This document shows, in pieces, positions 37,135 through 45,352 of a stretch of DNA of 64,000 bases. The DNA is taken from contig JBKJMX010000083.1 in the NCBI GenBank assembly GCA_046596135.1, forward strand, positions 180-64,179, given 5' to 3'. Numbering within the stretch: the stretch's first letter is position 1; each line of letters opens with the position of its first letter. The notes beneath the pieces were generated by a model that saw only the letters and a list, made by a program, of their open reading frames with translations, had not been told where the DNA came from and searched no databases. Source of the stretch: Gemmatimonadales bacterium (GTDB lineage Bacteria > Gemmatimonadota > Gemmatimonadetes > Gemmatimonadales > GWC2-71-9). The position numbers were made by a program, and so were the translations under genes.

Positions 37135-37641
37135 TTGCGCTCGTCCTTCCAAGCCGCGGTCGCCGTCATGTTCGCCGCGGCAATGCTGTCGTGTTCGACC
37201 GGCCGCGTTGCACCGACCCAGAAACGGACCACAGAAGAAACCGCCGTGCTGCAATCAGTCCAGCGCTTCTTCGACACCATGGCATCCAGGGACTCGGTGG
37301 GTGCATCGGCCGTACTCGATCCTATGGGCGATTTCGTATCCGTACGCCCAGATGGCAGCGGAAAACGGATGGTGCTGCGGTCTTCAATTGCCAGCTATCT
37401 GGCAGGGCTCAAGCGCGGAACGACGAGCTACCTCGAAAGGATGTGGGACGCCGAGGTGCGAATTCGGGGTCCGATCGCAGTCGTGTGGGCACCGTACGAC
37501 TTTCACATCGGCGGCAAGTTCAGCCACTGCGGTATCGACATTTTTGATCTGGTCGAGAAGGAAGGGGGCTGGGTGATCACAGGGGCCACGTACACCGTCG
37601 AGCGCACCGGATGCCGTGAGAGCCCGCTCGGCCCACCCTGA
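37135..37641 (+). CDS. Lipoprotein with an NTF2-like (SnoaL/DUF4440-type) fold
   Basis: A TTG start at 37135 sits 5 nt after an AGGAG RBS and gives (M)RSSFQAAVAVMFAAAMLSC, which is signal/lipobox-like. The C-terminal pattern GKFSHCGIDIFDLVEKEGGWVITG is typical of the NTF2-like fold. The start is uncertain, since the ORF track begins at 37066. Confidence 0.6.
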   Translation: MRSSFQAAVAVMFAAAMLSCSTGRVAPTQKRTTEETAVLQSVQRFFDTMASRDSVGASAVLDPMGDFVSVRPDGSGKRMVLRSSIASYLAGLKRGTTSYLERMWDAEVRIRGPIAVVWAPYDFHIGGKFSHCGIDIFDLVEKEGGWVITGATYTVERTGCRESPLGPP

Positions 37642-37752
37642 AGCGGATGTCCGAGCGACGTGGTGGATGGCGACCAACGTTGACTAGCATTCCCCCCGCA
37701 TTCGCCGGCGCCCCGATCGGCATCCCTCGCGCGCTCTTACCGAGTCACTACC

Positions 37753-39945
37753 ATGACCCTTCGACATTGCCTTCTCTTCGCGTTCTTCATCCTTCCGGTG
37801 TCGGTGCGCGCTCAAGCACCCACCGACCTCGCACGTTGGGAGGCCACTGCGGCCCGCGTGACGATCACGCGCGACGATTGGGGGATCGCCCACGTGCACG
37901 GGCCGACCGACCGCGACGCGGTGTTCGGGATGATCTACGCTCAGGCCGAGGACGACTTCAATCGGGTTGAGATGAACTACCTGAACGCGCTCGGGCGCTT
38001 GGCCGAGGCCGAGGGGGAGTCGGCGATCTGGAGCGACCTGCGGATGAAGCTCTTCATCGATCCCGACACGCTGCGCATGCTCTACCGACAGAGCCCGAAG
38101 CCGCTGGTGGCGCTGATGAACAGCTGGGCCGACGGCCTCAACTTCTACCTGCAAAAGCATCCCGAGGTGCGGCCGAAGGTTATCCGGCACTTCGAGCCGT
38201 GGATGGCGCTGGCCTTCAGTGAGGGAAGCATCGGTGGCGATATCGAGCGGGTGAGCCTCGGTGGGCTACGTGCGTTCTACGATGCGGCAAGTGGAGGTGC
38301 GAGTGCGGGCGAAGAGGCCGAGAATGAATCGGCGTTGCCCCGTGAACCCGGTGGCTCCAACGGCATCGCGATCGCGCCATCACGAAGCGCCAATGGGCGG
38401 GCGCTGCTCTGGATCAACCCGCACACCTCGTTCTATTTCCGCTCCGAGTTGCAGATGACCAGTGATGAGGGACTCAACGCCTACGGTGCGGTGACCTGGG
38501 GGCAGTTCTTCATCTATCAGGGATTCAACCCGACCGCCGGCTGGATGCACACGTCGAGCGGTGTCGACAACATCGACGAGTACCTCGAGACAGTAGAGCA
38601 ACATGATGGCCGGTGGATGTACCGGCACGACGGCGCGTGGCATCCGGTGGCGAGTCGCGAGATCACGGTGCCCTATCGCTCGGGTGACAGGATGGCGACG
38701 CGACGGTTCACGGCGTACTTCACGCCGCACGGCCCGGTAGCGCGCTCCACCGATGGCAAGTGGGTGACCACGGCGTTGATGAACGATCCAATGCATGCGC
38801 TGATGCAGTCGTACGACCGAACCAAGGCAAAAAACCTCGCCGAATACCTGAAAGTGATGGAGCTGCACACCAACTCGTCGAACAACACGCTATTCGCCGA
38901 CGCCGAAGGCAACATCGCGTATCTGCATTCGAACTTCATCCCGCGCCGCGACACGACCTTTGATTGGACTCGTCCCGTTGATGGCAGCGTGTCGGCGACT
39001 GATTGGCGCGGCGTGCTCTCACTCGATGAGACCCCGAACGCGATCAATCCCGCGTCGGGATGGGCCTACAACGTCAACAACTGGCCATGGTCGGCGGCAG
39101 GTCCGAATAGCCCAACTCGCGCGGTGTTTCCGACCTACGTGGAAGCAGGTGGCGAGGAGAGCATGCGCGGCCTTCATGCGCTCGGCCTGCTCCCGGAAAT
39201 GCGTGGCGTGACGATGACCTCGCTCCGCGACGCCGCGTTCGACAGTTATATGCCGGCGTTCGGTATCATGGTGCCGGCGGTGATTCGGGCCTATGACGGT
39301 CTTCCGGTCGCTGATTCGATGCGCGACAAGCTCGCCGGACAGATCGGCATGTTGCGAGACTGGGATTACCGGTGGTCGTCGGCGTCGGTCGCCACGTCAC
39401 TCGCGATCTACTGGGGCACGGAACTGCAGCGGCGACAGATGGGTGCGGCACGTCGTGCTGGGTTGGGACTTGAGCATTTCATCGCCGAGCGCGCGGCACC
39501 AGCCGATCTTTTGGCGGCACTGACGGCGGCGAGTGACAAGTTGACCTCCGACTTCGGCAAGTGGGCAACACCGTGGGGTGAAATCAATCGCTTCCAGCGT
39601 CTCGACGATCAGATCGTGTCGCACTTCGATGACAGCAAACCGAGCATCCCGGTGCCGTTCGCCTCCGCCACGTGGGGCTCGCTGGCGTCGTACGGCGCGC
39701 GGCAATACCCCAACACCAAGCGCTGGTACGGCACGAGCGGCAACAGCTTCGTGGCCGTGGTCGAGTTTGGTCGCGACAGCGTCCGGGCACGTGCCGTGAC
39801 GGCCGGTGGAGAAAGCGGCGACCCTGCGTCACCACATTTCAACGACCAGGCTGCACGTTACACCACTGGTGAGCTGCGGCCAGTCTACTTCTATCCGAAT
39901 CAACTCGTCGGCCACACTGAGCGGGTCTACCGGCCGGGGCGGTGA
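37753..39945 (+). CDS. Penicillin acylase family (Ntn-hydrolase) protein
   Basis: Signal peptide, then ITRDDWGIAHV, the autoprocessing/nucleophile site GG|SNGIAIAP, and the C-terminal GESGDPASPHFNDQ motif. Confidence 0.9.
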   Translation: MTLRHCLLFAFFILPVSVRAQAPTDLARWEATAARVTITRDDWGIAHVHGPTDRDAVFGMIYAQAEDDFNRVEMNYLNALGRLAEAEGESAIWSDLRMKLFIDPDTLRMLYRQSPKPLVALMNSWADGLNFYLQKHPEVRPKVIRHFEPWMALAFSEGSIGGDIERVSLGGLRAFYDAASGGASAGEEAENESALPREPGGSNGIAIAPSRSANGRALLWINPHTSFYFRSELQMTSDEGLNAYGAVTWGQFFIYQGFNPTAGWMHTSSGVDNIDEYLETVEQHDGRWMYRHDGAWHPVASREITVPYRSGDRMATRRFTAYFTPHGPVARSTDGKWVTTALMNDPMHALMQSYDRTKAKNLAEYLKVMELHTNSSNNTLFADAEGNIAYLHSNFIPRRDTTFDWTRPVDGSVSATDWRGVLSLDETPNAINPASGWAYNVNNWPWSAAGPNSPTRAVFPTYVEAGGEESMRGLHALGLLPEMRGVTMTSLRDAAFDSYMPAFGIMVPAVIRAYDGLPVADSMRDKLAGQIGMLRDWDYRWSSASVATSLAIYWGTELQRRQMGAARRAGLGLEHFIAERAAPADLLAALTAASDKLTSDFGKWATPWGEINRFQRLDDQIVSHFDDSKPSIPVPFASATWGSLASYGARQYPNTKRWYGTSGNSFVAVVEFGRDSVRARAVTAGGESGDPASPHFNDQAARYTTGELRPVYFYPNQLVGHTERVYRPGR

Positions 39946-39971
39946 AGCGGCAGGATCCGGCCGCAATCATC

Positions 39972-39986
39972 GACAGCCCGGCTGTC
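39972..39986 (+). terminator. Candidate stem-loop downstream of the acylase gene (GACAGC-CCG-GCTGTC)
   Basis: Perfect 6-bp stem with a 3-nt loop, followed by TGTT. The U-tail is poor, so this is weak as an intrinsic terminator. Confidence 0.25.
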
Positions 39987-39988
39987 TG

Positions 39989-40017
39989 TTGCGGCCCGTC
40001 TATGCAGGCATCTATAC
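39989..40017 (+). promoter_or_regulatory. Candidate sigma70-type promoter for vapBC (TTGCGG - 17 nt - TATACT), inside a local low-GC block
   Basis: Hexamers and the 17-nt spacer were read directly. The TATAC...GTATA inverted arms at 40012-40043 could be the antitoxin operator. Confidence 0.4.
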
Positions 40018-40045
40018 TTATGGACACCAGTCTATAAAGGTATAA

Positions 40046-40297
40046 ATGGCCATCAGCATCAAGGACCCTGAAACAGACCGGCTTGCCCGGGAGCTCGCTG
40101 CCGCCACGGGCGAGTCGCTCACCGATGCGATCCGGACGGCGCTTCGTGATCGCCTGAAGCGGGAGTCACAGCGCGCACGCCGGGGCATCGGAGCGGAGGT
40201 GCGCCGAATCCAGCAACGGCTTGCGCGGTTGCCAGTGTTCGACGGGCGCTCTGCCGATGAGATTGTCGGATACGATGCCCACGGCGTCCCTGAGTAA
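40046..40297 (+). CDS. vapB: Type II antitoxin VapB (Rv0623/PSK-like family)
   Basis: The N-terminus MAISIKDPETDRLARELAAATGESLTDAIRTALRDRL is typical of this antitoxin family. It lies immediately upstream of the PIN toxin. Confidence 0.85.
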   Translation: MAISIKDPETDRLARELAAATGESLTDAIRTALRDRLKRESQRARRGIGAEVRRIQQRLARLPVFDGRSADEIVGYDAHGVPE

Positions 40298-40300
40298 TCG

Positions 40301-40693
40301 ATGGTGCTTGATACCTCCGCGATGGTCGCGATCCTCGTCAGCGAACCCGAGGCCGATCGATTGGTCGCTGCGGTCGATGCCGATCACACTCGCTTGGTCT
40401 CAGCCGCAACGGTGGTCGAGGCATCGCTCGTGATCCTTGGGCGGTTCGGCGAGGCAGGCGAGCCGCAGCTCGACCGCTTGCTCCGCACTATTGGCGCGGA
40501 AGTGGTCCCGGTGGGCGAAGAGCAAGTTGGGATCGCGCGCGATGCTGCACTCCGTTACGGGCGCGGCCGACACGCCGCGGCACTCAACTTCGGTGACTGC
40601 TTCAGCTACGCCCTTTCGATTGCGCGCAACGAACCGTTGCTCTTTGTCGGTGATGACTTCTCCAAGACTGATGTCGAGGCCTGCCCTTGGTGA
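40301..40693 (+). CDS. vapC: Type II toxin VapC (PIN-domain ribonuclease)
   Basis: MVLDTSAMVA (first acidic residue), EAS, and the C-terminal FGDCFSYALS...LLFVGDDF PIN signature. Confidence 0.9.
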   Translation: MVLDTSAMVAILVSEPEADRLVAAVDADHTRLVSAATVVEASLVILGRFGEAGEPQLDRLLRTIGAEVVPVGEEQVGIARDAALRYGRGRHAAALNFGDCFSYALSIARNEPLLFVGDDFSKTDVEACPW

Positions 40694-40970
40694 TCGCGAA
40701 CGAAACCGCCAACCTCACCAGAACCCTCCAGCGACACCTGCTTCGTGTCGAGGCGGGCGCCATAGGTGGGCTCATTGGGGCCGTCGCGGTGGCGCTGTTT
40801 TTCTTCGTCCAGCCTATATCATTAGCGGCGCATGCCGCATCCGTACAACTCCGTCTCAGGCATCTGCGGCGGATTGATCCCTCACGCGGCTGATCCCATG
40901 AGCGCAAACTCGCCCAGCACACGCTCATACAACCCCGCTCTGTTCGTGCCCCCGACCGGAGACACGCTTC

Positions 40971-43664
40971 GTGGCTGACATTACGGCACTCAGAACTGCG
41001 CTCGCCAGCCACTACCGCATCGACCGCGAACTCGGCCAGGGTGGCATGGCCACCGTCTATCTCGCGCATGACGTCAAGCACGATCGCGACGTCGCGATCA
41101 AGGTCCTCAAGCCGGAACTCGCGGCGGTCATCGGTGCCGAGCGCTTCTTGCGCGAGATCACCACCATCGCGTCGCTGCAGCATCCCCATATCCTGGGACT
41201 GATCGACTCGGGCGAAGTCGACGGGACGGCGTACTACGTGATGCCGTTCGTCGAGGGCGAGTCGTTGCGCGATCGACTCATTCGCGAAAAGCAGTTGCCG
41301 ATCGCCGACGCCGTGCGGATCGCCACCGAGGTGGCCGCGGCGCTCGACTACGCCCATCGCCGCGGCGTGATCCATCGCGACATCAAGCCTGAAAACATCA
41401 TGTTGCACGACGGATCGGCGCTGGTGGCAGACTTCGGGATCGCGCTCGCCGCGAGCACCGCCGGCACCCGCATGACCGAGACCGGCATGTCCCTCGGCAC
41501 GCCGCACTACATGAGCCCCGAACAGGCGATGGGTGAGCGGGAGATCACCGCCCGGAGCGACGTCTACGCGCTCGGTTGCGTAACCTACGAGATGCTGACC
41601 GGAGACCCACCGTTTACCGGCAGCACCGCGCAGGCGATCGTTGCGAAGGTGATGACCGAGAAGCCGGTGCCGCCGAGCCGGTTGCGCGACACGGTACCCA
41701 ACGGGGTGGAGGACGCGGTGCTCACGGCGCTGGCGAAGCTGCCGGCCGACCGCTTCGGGACCGTGACCGAGTTTGCGGCGGCGCTGACGAGTGATGGAGC
41801 GTCGACCCATTTTCGGCGCAGCGGTTCGCGACAGTCGGCTCGCGGTCACGACCGTGGTGTCACCGCCGCGCTCGTCGCAGCGTTGCTAGTCGCCGTGCTG
41901 GCGGCGGGGTGGGGATGGCTGCGATCGGGCAGTGGGAGGTTGGCGCCTCTCGCGTACCAGATCCACCTCACCCAGTCAGAGGTCGACCTCGGGTTTGTGG
42001 CCATGCAGGTTGCGGTTGGGCCGCGGGGGGAGACCATCGTGTTCAGCGACACCGTGGGCGGTACGCGCCAACTGTGGGTCAAGGAGCGGGGAGTTGTCGA
42101 CCCCCGCCCGATTCCCGGGACCATCGGCGGGCAGGCCCCATTCCTTTCTCCTGATGGAGCGTCGGTCGCCTTCGCAGTCGGAACCAGGTTGATGCGCATC
42201 CCGATCGCCGGAGGGTCGGCGCAACAGATCTCGGATTCGGCCTCCACGATTGAACAATGGCCGGGTGCCTGGCTCGACGATGGGACCATCATCTTTCTGG
42301 GGGCCGCAGGGGATCTGATCTTTGCGGTCGATGCCGCGGGTGGCCCCACCACCAGGCTGTTCAGTACCGATGACATTCAGAACTCCTTCCCGGTCCGATT
42401 CTCCCAAGTGCCGGGTCGGCGGCAGGTGATCATCTCGTCGTGTGAATTCCTGTCCTGCACCAACCCCCATGTCACGATGCTCGACGTCGATTCGGGGAAA
42501 CTGAAGCCATTCCTTCCCGGTTCCGTGGGAGCTTGGGCCGTGCCGGGCGGCCGCCTGCTTTACCTCCTCGCCGACCGATCGATGTTCCTCGCCCCGTTCG
42601 ATGCTGAGACCCACGAGGTCGGGGTGGGGATTCCGCTCTTCGGCAACGTGATGATCAGCGGCCGCGGACCCGAGGTTGCGATCAGCCCAGATGGGGTGAT
42701 CCTGCATGGCGTCGGGGAAGGGGCGGCGGCGAGCAACATCGGGGAGTTCATCGCGGTAGACCCAAGCGGTACAGTCACGAGGGTTGATCCCTCGTGGAAC
42801 GGAGCCTTTCTCAACAACACCACGATCGACCTGTCGTCTGATGGCTCGACCGCTGTGTTCTCCCTGCTCTCCGAGTCACGAACGGGCGGCAATGTGTACC
42901 TGAAGCCGTTCCCGATCGGTGCCCCCATCCTGTTCACGTTCGACGGCACCCTCAACGCCCGGCCGGTCTGGTCCCCTGATGGCAGCCGGATCGCCTGGAT
43001 CTCCGATCGAAGTGGCAGGACGGGCATCTGGATGCGGAACGCCGACGGCTCCGGGGTTCCGGAGTGGATCGAGGTCGACGAGCGAAACGTCTTCGAAGTG
43101 CGGTTCACGGCCGATGGCGAGTGGCTCCTCTACCGAACCGACGACGTCGCTGCTGGACGCGGTGACATCTATGCCAAGCGCCTGCGTGGCGATACCGCCA
43201 CCATCGTCGTGGCCGCATCGGAGGCCGAGGAGACGTCGCCGATTGTCTCACCCGATGGCAAGTGGATCGCGTTCGCGGTCAGGTTCGGCGCCGTCAAGGA
43301 GGTGGTGGTCCGGCCGTTTCCCGACGTCGAGAAGGGGCGGACACAGGTGTCGGTGGGCGGCGGCGTGGAGCCCCTCTGGAGTGCCGATGGCTCGCGGCTC
43401 TACTACCGACAACTCACCGCCGGCAAGGTCATCGCGGCGGACGTGTCAACCACCGGGGGATTCCGGGTCACCGGCCGCACGGTCGTGCTCGAGACTCCGC
43501 AAAATTCCCTGTTGGACAACGACGACTCGCGTCAGTACACGCTCATGCCGAACGGGAAGGACCTGCTGATGATTCGCCGAGTGTTGGTGGACACCGCCGC
43601 GCCAACGCTGTCTGGACTGGTGCTCCGCGAACACGCCTTGCCGAATCCCGGGAAGTCGCCCTGA
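40971..43664 (+). CDS. Ser/Thr protein kinase K1: Hanks kinase + TM + TolB-like (PD40/WD40-like) beta-propeller
   Basis: GQGGMATVY, VAIKVL, HRDIKPENI, DFG and SPEQ motifs. TM VTAALVAALLVAVLAAGWGW. PD40-type repeats (SPDGASVAF, WSPDGSRIAW, SPDGKWIAF, WSADGSRLYY). GTG start. Confidence 0.9.
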   Translation: MADITALRTALASHYRIDRELGQGGMATVYLAHDVKHDRDVAIKVLKPELAAVIGAERFLREITTIASLQHPHILGLIDSGEVDGTAYYVMPFVEGESLRDRLIREKQLPIADAVRIATEVAAALDYAHRRGVIHRDIKPENIMLHDGSALVADFGIALAASTAGTRMTETGMSLGTPHYMSPEQAMGEREITARSDVYALGCVTYEMLTGDPPFTGSTAQAIVAKVMTEKPVPPSRLRDTVPNGVEDAVLTALAKLPADRFGTVTEFAAALTSDGASTHFRRSGSRQSARGHDRGVTAALVAALLVAVLAAGWGWLRSGSGRLAPLAYQIHLTQSEVDLGFVAMQVAVGPRGETIVFSDTVGGTRQLWVKERGVVDPRPIPGTIGGQAPFLSPDGASVAFAVGTRLMRIPIAGGSAQQISDSASTIEQWPGAWLDDGTIIFLGAAGDLIFAVDAAGGPTTRLFSTDDIQNSFPVRFSQVPGRRQVIISSCEFLSCTNPHVTMLDVDSGKLKPFLPGSVGAWAVPGGRLLYLLADRSMFLAPFDAETHEVGVGIPLFGNVMISGRGPEVAISPDGVILHGVGEGAAASNIGEFIAVDPSGTVTRVDPSWNGAFLNNTTIDLSSDGSTAVFSLLSESRTGGNVYLKPFPIGAPILFTFDGTLNARPVWSPDGSRIAWISDRSGRTGIWMRNADGSGVPEWIEVDERNVFEVRFTADGEWLLYRTDDVAAGRGDIYAKRLRGDTATIVVAASEAEETSPIVSPDGKWIAFAVRFGAVKEVVVRPFPDVEKGRTQVSVGGGVEPLWSADGSRLYYRQLTAGKVIAADVSTTGGFRVTGRTVVLETPQNSLLDNDDSRQYTLMPNGKDLLMIRRVLVDTAAPTLSGLVLREHALPNPGKSP

Positions 43665-43685
43665 GCGACCCCTCGTCTCACTGAG

Positions 43686-44072
43686 CTACAACGAATAGAG
43701 CGGGATCCCCATCGCCGTCGCAGCACGGGCCATGCGCTCATCGTAGGTGGCCAGCACGATCTCCTTGCCGTGTTCCCGCAAGAAGCCCACTGACGCGAGG
43801 TGCAAAGCATCCAGGGTTCGAACTGTCGTGGGAAACGGCATGAGCGCTCGTGCCAGAACCTTGGGATGGAGTTCGAGCCATGCCACGCGCGCCAGCATCT
43901 GCCGAGCCATGTCGCCGTGCGAGCGTGCCAAGTCGCGGGCATGCAACCGGTTCCAGAATTCGTACTCAAGCAGCCGGCTCGTCACCAACTCCTCGTTCCA
44001 GATCGCTGACGGTGGCCGCCGATCCTCGGAAAGCAGGTGTGCGAGCGCGACCGACGTATCGAGGTAGATCAC
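43686..44072 (-). CDS. PIN-domain toxin (VapC-like)
   Basis: VIYLDTSV... and the C-terminal DALHLA...LATYDERM PIN motifs. The GTG start at 44072 forms a GTGA overlap with the stop of the upstream RHH antitoxin. Confidence 0.8.
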   Translation of the reverse strand: MIYLDTSVALAHLLSEDRRPPSAIWNEELVTSRLLEYEFWNRLHARDLARSHGDMARQMLARVAWLELHPKVLARALMPFPTTVRTLDALHLASVGFLREHGKEIVLATYDERMARAATAMGIPLYSL

Positions 44073-44353
44073 CTGTTGGCGCGATCCTGGTCCAGTTCCG
44101 CGAGGAGATCCTTGAGGCAAGCAACCGGCAGAGAAGGCGGTGCACCCCCCGCGGCGGTTGTCGGCGGGGTCAGGTACCCGCCATCGGCAAGTTCACGGAA
44201 TGCCCCGGATGCCTGCGTGCCGGCGATCGCCTGGATCCCGCGACGCAATGCCTCCGAGTGGGATACACCCATGGCTTGAGCCGTACGGTCGAGCTTGGCT
44301 CGTTCCTCCGAAGAGAGGTAGACCTGAATGGGTTCACGGAGTCGTTTGGCCAT
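44069..44353 (-). CDS. Ribbon-helix-helix (CopG-like) antitoxin
   Basis: EPIQVYLSSEERAKLDRTAQAMGVSHSEALRRGI is an RHH motif. The gene is coupled to the PIN gene. Confidence 0.8.
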   Translation of the reverse strand: MAKRLREPIQVYLSSEERAKLDRTAQAMGVSHSEALRRGIQAIAGTQASGAFRELADGGYLTPPTTAAGGAPPSLPVACLKDLLAELDQDRANR

Positions 44354-44499
44354 TAACTGAATTTGTTGAATTCGGTAACAATGTCAACTCGCGATCGCGC
44401 TTAACCTACCCATTCCTCTTTCCGATGCTGACTGATTTTGCCGCATTCAAGGCCGCACTCGCCGACTACCCGATCGATCGGCGAGGGTGAGCGGGCGAG

Positions 44500-44528
44500 T
44501 TGACGGGTGGTGTGCCCGATCGTATCAT
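44500..44528 (+). promoter_or_regulatory. Candidate sigma70-type promoter (TTGACG - 17 nt - TATCAT) for the third TA module
   Basis: Hexamers and spacing were read directly. It lies in the divergent spacer between two TA modules. An AAGGAG RBS follows at 44562-44567, 6 nt before the GTG at 44574. Confidence 0.45.
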
Positions 44529-44573
44529 GATTTCATGAGATACCGTCATGAACCACCCAAAAGGAGCCCAAGT

Positions 44574-44846
44574 GTGGCCGAGCCCGTGCAGGTCTACCTG
44601 CAGCCACCCGACCGCGAGCGACTGGAGCGGCTCACCGCGCGCCTTGATACGACCAAGTCGGACGTTCTCCGTCGCGGCTTGGAGGCGCTTGAGGCGCAGA
44701 CCACCACTCGCTCCACGTCTGCCGATGGCGGGAGAGTGCCGCTGCTGACCTTTGCCGGTGGGGTGCTCGCTCCGGGAGTTGATCTGGACGACAGTGCTGC
44801 CCTGCTCGACCTGATGGACGAGGGGGCTCCGCCTGCGACTTGTTGA
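44574..44846 (+). CDS. Ribbon-helix-helix (CopG-like) antitoxin
   Basis: VAEPVQVYLQPPDRERLERLTARLDTTKSDVLRRGL parallels the RHH of the neighbouring module. I preferred the GTG at 44574 with a strong RBS over the ATG at 44535. Confidence 0.68.
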   Translation: MAEPVQVYLQPPDRERLERLTARLDTTKSDVLRRGLEALEAQTTTRSTSADGGRVPLLTFAGGVLAPGVDLDDSAALLDLMDEGAPPATC

Positions 44847-45261
44847 CGTCAACGTCCTCGTCTATGCCTTCCGGGAGAACGCGCCGGAGCATGCGGCACA
44901 CCGCGCGTGGCTCGAGGCGTTGGTGCGGTCAGACGAAGCCTACGCCGTGTCCGAGCAGGTGTTGAGCGGCTTTCTCCGGATTGTCACCCACCCGCGAATT
45001 TTTCATCCGCCAGCACCGATCGAGGCGGCGCTTGGGTTTGCGAATGCGTTTCGCGCCCAACCGAACGCGGTGTTGATCGCTCCCGGAATCCGGCACTGGG
45101 AGATCTTCCAGCGACTCTGTCTCCAAGCCGGCGCGAGAGGGAATCTGGTCCCCGACGCTTGGCTTGCGGCACTGGCGATTGAATCCGGCTGTGAGTTCGT
45201 GACCACCGACCGCGATTTCGCACGCTTTCCCGCACTGCGCTGGTCGCACCCGTTGGCCTGA
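44833..45261 (+). CDS. PIN-domain toxin (VapC family, LLDVNVL-type); start codon unresolved
   Basis: The in-frame translation from 44815 reads ..LRLRLVDVNVLVYAFRENAPEHAAHRAWL...VPDAWLAALAIESGCEFVTTDRDFARF. The conserved N-terminal Asp lies upstream of the first ATG (44920). The only start-like codon is the CTG at 44833. Confidence 0.65.
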   Translation: MRLVDVNVLVYAFRENAPEHAAHRAWLEALVRSDEAYAVSEQVLSGFLRIVTHPRIFHPPAPIEAALGFANAFRAQPNAVLIAPGIRHWEIFQRLCLQAGARGNLVPDAWLAALAIESGCEFVTTDRDFARFPALRWSHPLA

Positions 45262-45352
45262 GCCGCGCGGTGTCCTGTTCCGCCAACACCGCCCCGGCAG
45301 TAGATTTGCCGTTCCCGACACAACTGAATTCCTCAAGACCTGAGCGAGGCGC

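Noticed and set aside
43800-43830. GGTTCGAAC string resembling a tRNA T-arm.
   Set aside because: It lies inside the PIN toxin coding region, with no acceptor, D or anticodon arms around it. No tRNA-like cloverleaf could be drawn anywhere in the window.
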